A DNA stretch of 44,384 nt from IMG/VR virus record IMGVR_UViG_3300045988_049142, positions 1-44,384 of that record, one strand, 5' to 3'. Positions 13,763 to 20,097 of this stretch are shown in pieces (the stretch's first letter is position 1; every line of letters starts with the position of its first letter). This DNA comes from a virus. The notes beneath the pieces were generated by a model. The model was given only the letters and a program-made list of their open reading frames with translations, had not been told where the DNA came from and searched no databases. A program made the translations under genes and the position numbers.

Positions 13763-14051
13763 TTAGATATAATTTTTGCCGAACTGGCGGATAAACTCAT
13801 CAACGCTCCAGCCATGCTCCTGCATACACTTGAGCTGGCCGTAGCGGCGGAGGCGGCGCATCTGATTGCCGTCTCGGTGGACTGCAGTGGGGCCGAAAAT
13901 GTGGCATCGGTGGTGGCAGAGATACACGGTCAGGCCGTAGATCTCGCTCTTGCGGCGGTAAGCCCCTCCGAAGATGTGCCTAATGGTGGAGATCCAAAGG
14001 ATCGTCTCCTCCGGTTCTCCCGCACAAAAAACACTTGCACTCACTCTCCAC
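13763..14051 (-). pseudogene. HNH/zinc-finger-like phage protein with a +1 frame break near 13980
   Basis: GTG at 14051 has an ideal RBS (GGAGGTG, 7-nt spacer) and encodes MESECKCFLCGRTGGDDPLDLHH, then TAG. The rest of the domain (RHIFGGAYRRKSEIYGLTVYLCHHRCH...FGKNYI) is in the next frame (track ORF 13763-14044). Confidence 0.55.
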
Positions 14052-14057
14052 TTTTGA

Positions 14058-14591
14058 TCACCTCCCCTCCCATTGATCGAGGATGAGCGACCGCTCCCGC
14101 TCGGACAGCGTCTCGATGCCGGCGGCCTTGCAATCGGCGACCACCTGATCGATGAGCTGGGACATCTGCCGCGTATCGTAGGTGGACGAACCGTACCAGA
14201 GACGGACGTTGGTCATCCCATCCAGTTTCGACGGGAACTGATCGGCCATCCAGCCGATGCCGTTGTGCGCCCACTCGCGGCAGAGCTTGTCTGCGGCAGA
14301 TGCCTTAACGCACACCACATCGTACGCGCCGCCGATCATACGGATCTGCTCGCGGTAGATCTCGTCAGGCGGCAGGGAATAGTGATCTGCCAGACGGTTT
14401 ACCAGCGCCCAATAGTAGGCGTTTGCATCGAGACTGCGCCCCTTGCGGGTAATCTTGGCCGTATATTCCCGCTCCGGCCGGAGCGCGTCGCAGACGGCCA
14501 TCGCGCTTTGCGGGGACGGCACGCGCAAGCAGAGCCACGCGCCGTCAGAGTCCTGCTGCCAGCGCGCGCCGGACACTGTCACCTGCTGCAC
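14058..14591 (-). CDS. Phage recombination-associated hypothetical protein (possibly NinB/Orf-like)
   Basis: GTG 14591 preceded by GAGGAGGAG. The motif RSLDANAYYWALVNRLA is reminiscent of NinB-type proteins. Weak call. Confidence 0.5.
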   Translation of the reverse strand: MQQVTVSGARWQQDSDGAWLCLRVPSPQSAMAVCDALRPEREYTAKITRKGRSLDANAYYWALVNRLADHYSLPPDEIYREQIRMIGGAYDVVCVKASAADKLCREWAHNGIGWMADQFPSKLDGMTNVRLWYGSSTYDTRQMSQLIDQVVADCKAAGIETLSERERSLILDQWEGR

Positions 14592-15166
14592 GGGATCTCC
14601 TCCTCTCTCGGCCAGTGGCCTGACTTGAGGCACGCCGCCAGATATTTCAGGCGCGGGAGGTACTCCCGCTCGATCCACTCCGCATCATACGGGATCGGAT
14701 GCTTTGAGATCCGATCCATCTGGATCGGGAGAAAATAGTTGTTGTACTCGGCATCGGTGAGCCGGTAGGCGATGATCTGACACTCCTTCCGGCGACGGAG
14801 GCCGTGGCCGGAAGCGAACATCTCCACTTGGCACTGCTGGCGGTAGGCCTTGGACACGGCAAAGGGCTTGTCGCCCCTGTGCGTTTTAATCTCGCAGATG
14901 GTGGTGGGAGTCTCGCCGTCGAGGTTTACGCGGACCCGGAGCGACGTGATGCGGATCTGGCGATCACGCTCCACGATGCCGAGGGCGTCAAGGATGCGAT
15001 GCTCATACGCCGTCCCCGCCCGCATAGCGGGCGAGGAGAAGGTCTCCGCGCGGATGCCGAGCTTAACCGCCCACCAGCGGCGGAAGGACTCGGTATCCCA
15101 TGATCGCATGATCTGTGCGGTATCGCTGGCGCCGAACCAGCCGGAACGATCATGATCCTTGATCAC
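14579..15166 (-). CDS. YqaJ-type (lambda Exo-like) recombination exonuclease
   Basis: 195 aa, N-terminal GASDTAQIM, PD-(D/E)xK-like D...EIK. Confidence 0.75.
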   Translation of the reverse strand: MIKDHDRSGWFGASDTAQIMRSWDTESFRRWWAVKLGIRAETFSSPAMRAGTAYEHRILDALGIVERDRQIRITSLRVRVNLDGETPTTICEIKTHRGDKPFAVSKAYRQQCQVEMFASGHGLRRRKECQIIAYRLTDAEYNNYFLPIQMDRISKHPIPYDAEWIEREYLPRLKYLAACLKSGHWPREEEIPCSR

Positions 15167-15807
15167 AGCTGGCTCACCGTCCGCTCCAGATGATCGAGCC
15201 GATCGAACCAGCCCATCATGGTGGCCAGCTGCTTATCGTTGAGGCCGAGGGCGGCGAGGACATCGCGATGACTCATGCCGCGCTGCTCCTTGGCGGTGAT
15301 GAGCCGCTCAAGCCGCTCCTTGATAGCGTAGATGTTGTGGCGTGATAGATCATCTTCTCCGTCATCGCCGTCACCGTCCGCCCAGAGGGAGAAGCCGAGG
15401 CCGGTGCGGATCGCCACGCCCTTGACAAATGCGCGGGCGAGCGCATTGTTGATCCGCAGCTGGTTGAGGGTATCCTCGTACACCACGAGCGTACCGTTGA
15501 GGAGCGGCATGTCGTAGGTAAATACCAAGTCATCGATGTGGATCTCCACGCGGACAAACCAGCACTCCGTTACACGCCCCTTGCTCGTCTCCACGCGCGT
15601 CTGCGGCCAGAGGTAGGTGTGGGTACTGGGGCAAGTTACGGGCGTGTAAAACACGCTCTCTGCGCCGTTCTCATGCAGGAGCTGGGCGCATTTTGCCCAG
15701 CTCAGGTAGGGAACCTTGATGATGTTCCCGCGCTCGTCCTTCGCGTCGCGAACGGAGCAGTACGGGCGTACATCGAGCTGCACCAGCTCGGAAAAGGGCT
15801 TCAGCAT
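15163..15807 (-). CDS. Sak/Rad52-like single-strand annealing protein (DUF1071-type)
   Basis: Start ATG 15807 (RBS GGAAGGAGGGG). Motifs VPYLSWAKCAQLL, ARAFVKGVAIRTGLGFSLW. Confidence 0.7.
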   Translation of the reverse strand: MLKPFSELVQLDVRPYCSVRDAKDERGNIIKVPYLSWAKCAQLLHENGAESVFYTPVTCPSTHTYLWPQTRVETSKGRVTECWFVRVEIHIDDLVFTYDMPLLNGTLVVYEDTLNQLRINNALARAFVKGVAIRTGLGFSLWADGDGDDGEDDLSRHNIYAIKERLERLITAKEQRGMSHRDVLAALGLNDKQLATMMGWFDRLDHLERTVSQL

Positions 15808-16145
15808 GCTCTCCCCTCCTTCCATTCGCCCGCCGCCATCTCGGCGGCGGTGTGATCCTCCCACAGGGTATCGATGTACTCCAGCTGCTCGGCGGTAAAG
15901 CAGCCAAGCTGGAGCCGGAGCAAGCTGCGCGTCGCGAGGCGGCAGTGCGGGCAAAGCAGATCGGATTTGTTTTTGTCCCCGCCGCAAACGGGGCACTCGT
16001 CGGCCTCATACTCGTCGAGGTTGCCCAGCTCCTCGCCGCAGTGCGGGCAGTAGATGTCGGTGACGGGGCCGTATTCCGGCGAGTCGTAGTGCTTTTCCAG
16101 CGGCGCGGCAAACGAGCCGCCGCAGTTATCGCAGATGTATGTCAT
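15801..16145 (-). CDS. Zinc-ribbon protein (four CxxC pairs)
   Basis: ATG 16145 with RBS GAGGAGGAG. CDNCGG, CPHCG, CPVCGG, CPHC. Confidence 0.7.
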   Translation of the reverse strand: MTYICDNCGGSFAAPLEKHYDSPEYGPVTDIYCPHCGEELGNLDEYEADECPVCGGDKNKSDLLCPHCRLATRSLLRLQLGCFTAEQLEYIDTLWEDHTAAEMAAGEWKEGRAC

Positions 16146-16338
16146 GGGTTGTCTCCTCCTCGGTATCGATATCAACGTACTGATATTGGTTCGCCCGACC
16201 GCCCATAAAGAGGCGGGTAAACGCCTTGCGGACGGTGGCGTATGGCTTGCCGGTCATCTCGGCCAGCTCGGCGATGGAGTCGGCCTGTGCGATCGGGAGC
16301 CGGTATTTGTCGCGGGTAACAAGCTGGTACACCCGCAT
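16126..16338 (-). CDS. Small HTH-like protein (70 aa)
   Basis: ATG 16338, RBS GGGGGTGAGG. SIAELAEMTGKPYATVRKAF looks like an HTH. Confidence 0.55.
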   Translation of the reverse strand: MRVYQLVTRDKYRLPIAQADSIAELAEMTGKPYATVRKAFTRLFMGGRANQYQYVDIDTEEETTHDIHLR

Positions 16339-16343
16339 GATCC

Positions 16344-16739
16344 TCACCCCCCGGCAAGCGGCTTGCAGCGTTTGCCGCCGACTTGGTTGGGCGGCAGGCA
16401 CTCACCCCGCCGCCAGCGGGCGGCATAGGACTTGCTTGTGCCGACCTCGCGGCTGATCTCGACGTCGTTTTTGCCGGCAGCGTACAGCTGGCGCATCTGG
16501 TCATAGATCGGGGCTGATGACCTCCCGCTCGGCGGGGGCAGCCGCAGTTTCACTTTTCTGCGACGGCCTCCGCGCGGCTCAAAAGCCACGCAGTCGCGGC
16601 CGGTGAGGGGCTTGCCCTCGGCGTACTCCGCGGCAAAGGCATACAGTTTGGTGTGCCCTTTGATCTCCGCATAGTTGCAAAGATAGCCGATCACGCCGGC
16701 GCCGACGCCGTAGCGGCACTGCTTACACTTACTCCTCAT
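16344..16739 (-). CDS. DNA-binding protein with N-terminal Cys motif and C-terminal HTH
   Basis: ATG 16739. CKQC..C at the N-terminus. MRQLYAAGKNDVEISREVGTSKSYAARW resembles a sigma-region-4/terminase-small-type HTH. Confidence 0.6.
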   Translation of the reverse strand: MRSKCKQCRYGVGAGVIGYLCNYAEIKGHTKLYAFAAEYAEGKPLTGRDCVAFEPRGGRRRKVKLRLPPPSGRSSAPIYDQMRQLYAAGKNDVEISREVGTSKSYAARWRRGECLPPNQVGGKRCKPLAGG

Positions 16740-16944
16740 CGTCGTAGCCCTCCGGCAGGACGATGGGCATCCAGTAGTCCACGGCAATTGCGTGGATCGG
16801 CTCGCGGTAGTCATTCGCATTCCACGCGTCTTGACGGGCGGAGTATTCAAGCGAAAGAACCGCGCCGGAGTGCGCAATAGCGAGGTACTCGCCGCTCTCC
16901 GCAGGATTGGCATCCTTGCAGGAGATCCAGTCGCTTGCTCTCAT
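16729..16944 (-). CDS. DUF551-like small phage protein
   Basis: 71 aa. W.S..D..P...GEYL......G.V....Y......W.........YWMPI pattern. Confidence 0.55.
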   Translation of the reverse strand: MRASDWISCKDANPAESGEYLAIAHSGAVLSLEYSARQDAWNANDYREPIHAIAVDYWMPIVLPEGYDDEE

Positions 16945-17036
16945 CAGCGGTCACCCCCGATCCGGCAGATGATCCGCACCGCCGAAGCGGCGATTGCTGC
17001 GGCGCCGATGTAGGCGCAAATCCATGTGATGGTCAT
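16944..17036 (-). CDS. 30-aa hydrophobic peptide
   Basis: MTITWICAYIGAAAIAASAVRIICRIGGDR. ATGA overlap upstream and TGATG overlap downstream. Confidence 0.35.
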   Translation of the reverse strand: MTITWICAYIGAAAIAASAVRIICRIGGDR

Positions 17037-17221
17037 TGGGCAAGTCTCCTTTCCACTTCCTGCGGCGTAAACCGCTGTCTTGTGTTGGCTTCCGGGTCGA
17101 CGATGTCGATGTACTCATAGTCCCCGTGCGAGGCAACGATCGCGAGGTTGAGCAGGATCTTTACACGATCCGGCGGGCGATCAAAAATCACCTTGTACTG
17201 GGGCTTCTCTCGCTTTGCCAT
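17033..17221 (-). CDS. Hypothetical protein (62 aa)
   Basis: RBS GAAGGAGGAG. Operon member. Confidence 0.6.
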   Translation of the reverse strand: MAKREKPQYKVIFDRPPDRVKILLNLAIVASHGDYEYIDIVDPEANTRQRFTPQEVERRLAQ

Positions 17222-17224
17222 GGG

Positions 17225-17377
17225 TTACTCCTCCTTCTGCTGCTTCCGATCTTCGGCGGCGTTCGCGCCGTCGGCAAACCCGCTTGCGTACGCCAGAAAT
17301 AGCTTCCGCTGCTCCGGCGACAGGCAGCTTACCTCAGCTGCCACGCGGGCAAATGCTCTCTTATCCTGCTGGGTCAT
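17225..17377 (-). CDS. Hypothetical protein (50 aa)
   Basis: ATG 17377 with RBS AGGAGGTG. Confidence 0.5.
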   Translation of the reverse strand: MTQQDKRAFARVAAEVSCLSPEQRKLFLAYASGFADGANAAEDRKQQKEE

Positions 17378-17403
17378 AAACGTCACCTCCTGTAATTGAC
17401 CTA

Positions 17404-17649
17404 TCAGCTCATTGTGCGGCAAAACTTGATCATGTTGTCGCAGATTGCCACAAAGAGCGACCCGATGATCGTACCGAGCAACACCGCACGCTTGATGTAA
17501 GCGTGATAGCATAAGATATCGCCGCCCTCGTCGCCATACTTGCGTACCTCGTCATACACTGCCCGGATGTGCCGGACAAACGCGATGAGCGATGTATGCA
17601 GGGCGTATGTCTCAAGGATCACTGCGATTATGCGTACTGCTTGCCTCAC
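17404..17649 (-). CDS. First early gene: small membrane protein (81 aa, GTG start)
   Basis: RBS GGAGGTG 5 nt before the GTG. Two hydrophobic helices. Directly downstream of the leftward promoter. Confidence 0.6.
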   Translation of the reverse strand: MRQAVRIIAVILETYALHTSLIAFVRHIRAVYDEVRKYGDEGGDILCYHAYIKRAVLLGTIIGSLFVAICDNMIKFCRTMS

Positions 17650-17689
17650 TTGCTCACCTCCTGTGATACAGTCACCAATGCTTGTTCTA

Positions 17690-17751
17690 TGGTCACAGTA
17701 TAACAGGACTTAATCACAATGTCAAGCGTAAATTTGTTCCGTGGTCACAGT
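17690..17751. promoter_or_regulatory. Operator candidates: exact 10-bp repeat TGGTCACAGT at 17690-17699 and 17742-17751, plus related TGTGA half-sites
   Basis: Two identical copies 52 bp apart flank the leftward -35/-10. Related CTGTGATACAGTCAC lies at about 17660-17675. Confidence 0.55.
17697..17725 (-). promoter_or_regulatory. Leftward early promoter (TTGACA-17 nt-TATACT)
   Basis: On the minus strand, -35 is at 17720-17725 and -10 at 17697-17702 with an exact 17-nt spacer. The -10 overlaps one copy of the 10-bp operator repeat. Confidence 0.75.
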
Positions 17752-17756
17752 TCTGC

Positions 17757-17785
17757 TTGACTTTTCTGCTGCTACATGGTTTAAT
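17757..17785 (+). promoter_or_regulatory. Rightward repressor promoter (TTGACT-17 nt-TTTAAT, with TG at the extended -10 position)
   Basis: -35 at 17757-17762, -10 at 17780-17785, then RBS GAGGAGGTG and GTG at 17808. Confidence 0.6.
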
Positions 17786-17807
17786 ATAAGCGAGGAGGTG
17801 ATACCCC

Positions 17808-18182
17808 GTGACGACCGTAAACGAGCGCATTAAGGCCATAATGCAAGCGCTTGGGATGACAAACACGGCATTTGCAGATAGGCTTAATGTCTCTCAGTCG
17901 TTTGTTTCAAAAATTGCGGCTGGGCGGTCGATCCCCAGCGACCGCACGATCTCGGATATCTGCCGCGAGTTCCATGTCGATGAGCACTGGCTCCGCACCG
18001 GAGATGGAGAGATGTTTGTACGTCTGTCTCTCGAGGAGGAGCTGGCGAAGTACGCGGCGCAGGTGCTGACGGATCCGGATCGTGAGTTCCAGCGCCAGCT
18101 CCTGCGGATCATGGCGCGGCTGGACCCGCAGGACTGGAGCGCGCTGGAGGAGATCGCAAAAAAGCTCAGGCAGGAGCCTTGA
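17808..18182 (+). CDS. CI-like XRE-family repressor (no peptidase domain)
   Basis: 124 aa, GTG start. HTH is MTNTAFADRLNVSQSFVSKIAAG. Divergent from the early operon and followed by a terminator. Confidence 0.8.
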   Translation: MTTVNERIKAIMQALGMTNTAFADRLNVSQSFVSKIAAGRSIPSDRTISDICREFHVDEHWLRTGDGEMFVRLSLEEELAKYAAQVLTDPDREFQRQLLRIMARLDPQDWSALEEIAKKLRQEP

Positions 18183-18190
18183 GCAAAAAA

Positions 18191-18217
18191 ACCCGTCCCT
18201 GAGTGGGGCGGGTTTTT
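18191..18217 (+). terminator. Rho-independent terminator of the repressor gene
   Basis: ACCCGTCCC-tgagt-GGGGCGGGT followed by TTTTT. Confidence 0.8.
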
Positions 18218-18230
18218 CTCATCCCTGAGA

Positions 18231-18262
18231 GGGGGAAGGGGGGACTATAGGGGGGTAAGGGG
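18231..18262 (+). repeat. G-quadruplex-type motif (G5-aa-G6-actata-G6-taa-G4)
   Basis: Four G-runs of at least 4 with loops of 2, 6 and 3 nt, read directly. Confidence 0.6.
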
Positions 18263-18313
18263 AGAGCCTTATCTCCTACAAGATAGATTCTTTTTATCTA
18301 CTAGGGGGAGTAT

Positions 18314-18342
18314 TCTCTTTTCTTTGCTTCTTTCTTTTCTCT
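18314..18342 (+). repeat. Homopyrimidine mirror repeat TCTCTTTTCTTT-gcttc-TTTCTTTTCTCT (H-DNA-type)
   Basis: 12-nt arms are exact mirror images within a ~50-nt tract that is almost entirely T/C. Confidence 0.6.
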
Positions 18343-18360
18343 TGTTTTTTCGCTCTGCGC

Positions 18361-18514
18361 AAGCAAAGCAGAAGCAAGACGTAAGCAAACAGTAAGCAAA
18401 CGACAAGCAAAACGAAAGCAAACAGCAAGCAAAACGAAAGTAAACGGAAAGCAAAAAGAAAGCAACGAGCAAGCAAAAAGCAAGCAAACGGAAAGCAAAA
18501 AGAAAGCACCCAGC
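18361..18514 (+). repeat. 14 contiguous 11-bp direct repeats, consensus AAGCAAA(A/C)NGN
   Basis: Units start every 11 nt from 18361. The stretch is almost T-free on the plus strand. About 1.5 inverted copies of the unit (complement of 18527-18545, reading CTAAAGCAAACAGCAAACA) lie beyond the terminator hairpin. Confidence 0.9.
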
Positions 18515-18530
18515 AATCACGCTGGGTGCT
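18492..18530 (-). terminator. Rho-independent terminator of the 19229->18545 operon
   Basis: AGCACCCAGC-N6-GCTGGGTGCT. On the minus strand it is followed by TTCTTTTTGCTTTC. Confidence 0.7.
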
Positions 18531-18544
18531 GTTTGCTGTTTGCT

Positions 18545-18853
18545 TTAGCCCTCGATAACATCGAGAATCCACTGGTCGCCGCGCTCGATCTCCTCGTCGG
18601 TCAGTCCGTCGAGGCCGTCGTTGTCCTGGCCCCGATTTGATGCATAGACGGCTGTGTGCCAAAAATCGAGCATATCGTCGAGATCCTCGTCGGTGGAGAC
18701 GATGATGTCGGAGCCGGGCAGACGATCGGGGTGGGTGCGAGGGAAATCGGGTTCCAGATCCTGCAGGCAGTCGGGACCGTAGCCCCTGTCCCAGCCGCCG
18801 GTATAACGGCGGAGGGAGACGGTGACGGTGCGGGTGGGGGTAGTGATCATCAT
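18545..18853 (-). CDS. Strongly acidic 102-aa protein
   Basis: ORF. Hand count gives 23 Asp/Glu against 8 Arg and no Lys. Last gene of the small leftward operon. Confidence 0.65.
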   Translation of the reverse strand: MMITTPTRTVTVSLRRYTGGWDRGYGPDCLQDLEPDFPRTHPDRLPGSDIIVSTDEDLDDMLDFWHTAVYASNRGQDNDGLDGLTDEEIERGDQWILDVIEG

Positions 18854-18854
18854 T

Positions 18855-19004
18855 TTAAGCTCCTTTCTGGCCGTCAGCGACGGCCTTGAGCAGAATCTGC
18901 TCGATGTAGTTTGAGAGAGATCTGCCGTCGGCGGCGGCCAGTTGCTCGAGGCGGGCTTTCACGTCCTCGTCGAGCCGAAGCCCGACAAACGCGGTCTTAG
19001 CCAT
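18855..19004 (-). CDS. Ribbon-helix-helix (CopG/Arc/ParR-like) DNA-binding protein, 49 aa
   Basis: MAKTAFVGLRLDEDVKARLEQLAAADGRSLSNYIEQILLKAVADGQKGA has a beta-strand plus two helices in the classic RHH pattern. Below the ORF-track cut-off. Its stop is 1 nt before the next ATG. Confidence 0.65.
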   Translation of the reverse strand: MAKTAFVGLRLDEDVKARLEQLAAADGRSLSNYIEQILLKAVADGQKGA

Positions 19005-19019
19005 GTCTGCATCCCCCTC

Positions 19020-19229
19020 TCAGTACACTGGGTTCTCGGTGTTGAGTTCCCACTCCGCACCGTACTTCTCGGCGTGGGCGACGGCGTAGGCCGCAAAAAA
19101 GGCCTGCTCCGTGCAGGGGGCGAGTTCCGCGTGGATCGCCTCGCGGATCTCGTCATCCATCAGCGCGACGGCGGCATCAAAGTCGATCTCGCGTCCGGCA
19201 GCGTTTACAACTTTTCCCATTTTTTTCAA
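19020..19229 (-). CDS. Small conserved hypothetical protein (69 aa)
   Basis: RBS AAAGGA. First gene after the leftward promoter at 19288-19316. Confidence 0.6.
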   Translation of the reverse strand: MKKMGKVVNAAGREIDFDAAVALMDDEIREAIHAELAPCTEQAFFAAYAVAHAEKYGAEWELNTENPVY

Positions 19230-19287
19230 TCCTTTCCGGCCAAAGGCCTGTCCGATGGGTGGGTGTCTATCGTTTGATCTTGTCTAT

Positions 19288-19316
19288 ATTGTACAACAAC
19301 GTTTAACATCTTACAA
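19288..19316 (-). promoter_or_regulatory. Leftward promoter (TTGTAA-17 nt-TACAAT)
   Basis: On the minus strand, -35 is at 19311-19316 and -10 at 19288-19293 with a 17-nt spacer. Confidence 0.6.
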
Positions 19317-19374
19317 TAGGCATACTGCACAAAGTTTTGCATTAGGAATTGCGCGTTTTGACGGGGCTTGGCGT

Positions 19375-19403
19375 GGGACATTGGCAAAAATCAGGGATAT
19401 AAT
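19375..19403 (+). promoter_or_regulatory. Possible rightward (late/packaging) promoter, GGGACA-17 nt-TATAAT
   Basis: Perfect -10 at 19398-19403, weak -35. Confidence 0.35.
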
Positions 19404-19680
19404 AGATGCGTGGGTTATGGCTTGGGGCTACACACTCTCCTTTTTGTCGCCCCCCGCAAGGGGGGCTATGCGGCCAAGAGTATCCCCGGTGCAACTCCGG
19501 GAGGCCGCGCCAGATGGGCTGGACATCCCATTATCGGGGATATCAGACAGGGGATAGATAGCGCCTGTCAAAGCGGGGTGCCGCCCCCGTAAGCGCGGCA
19601 GGATGTAGCCGGTGACGGCTGGGGACTATCTGCTGATTAAGCTAGGGTGGGGGCTGGCAGATCAATACAACAGACACACG

Positions 19681-20097
19681 ATGGGGGGATACGTTGTGGC
19701 CGATGTGATTAATCCGCGTAAGCGCAAAAAAATCGTGGCCGACTATGTGACGCTGGGATCATACGCGGCAGCGGCACGGATCAACGGCGTGGCACCCAAC
19801 AGCGTTAAGCGGATCGTGGCGGCAGAGCCGGAGATCGCGAGGCTTTGCGCACAAAAAAAAGAACAGGATACGCAGGACGTGCTGGCGTACATGGGTAAGC
19901 AGTCCGATCTTGTATGCGATATCATCGGCAAGGGGCTGACGGCGTTGGCCGATGATGATAAGCTGGCAGCGGCCAACCCGGCGCAGATCACCACGGCGAT
20001 CGGCACGCTGATCGACAAGTGGACGATGGTCCGCGACCGGCAGACGCAAAGCGGGGTACAGGTAAATCTCGGCGACGCGGAGGAGTACAGCGGATGA
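19681..20097 (+). CDS. terS: Terminase small subunit (HTH type); start uncertain
   Basis: Immediately precedes TerL with an ATGA overlap. HTH is GSYAAAARINGVAPNSVKRIV. Alternative starts are GTG 19612 and GTG ~19696. Confidence 0.55.
   Translation: MGGYVVADVINPRKRKKIVADYVTLGSYAAAARINGVAPNSVKRIVAAEPEIARLCAQKKEQDTQDVLAYMGKQSDLVCDIIGKGLTALADDDKLAAANPAQITTAIGTLIDKWTMVRDRQTQSGVQVNLGDAEEYSG

Noticed and set aside
13975-13990. prfB-style programmed +1 frameshift at CAT TAG G.
   Set aside because: The P-site codon cannot re-pair in the +1 frame, and the nearest SD-like element is about 24 nt upstream, not about 3 nt. A mutation or a base-calling error is the simpler explanation.
18361-18514. The tandem array as a CRISPR locus.
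   Set aside because: Its period is 11 bp with no unique spacers, and there are no cas genes. It does not fit CRISPR architecture.
18269-18662. Three overlapping minus-strand ORFs (83, 122 and 71 aa) with LLFAF-type repeats.
   Set aside because: They are translations of the 11-bp repeat array in all three frames. The minus strand there has almost no A, so no stop codons can occur. They also run through a terminator hairpin.
18361-19004. A complete type II (ParMRC-like) partition system.
   Set aside because: Only the RHH protein and the repeat array are present. No actin-like, Walker-type or tubulin-like NTPase gene was found in the window, so I left it as a hypothesis about the array.
19470-19510. 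A tRNA-like stem-loop (CCCGG-tgcaact-CCGGG inside GCGGCC..GGCCGC).
   Set aside because: The 7-nt loop lacks the conserved U33. There are no D or T arms and no GTTCGA-type box. No tRNA was recognised in any intergenic region.
19612-19680. The GTG at 19612 as the terS start (track ORF 19612-20097).
   Set aside because: The first 23 codons lack an RBS and overlap the structured leader. I kept an internal start, but the true start remains uncertain.
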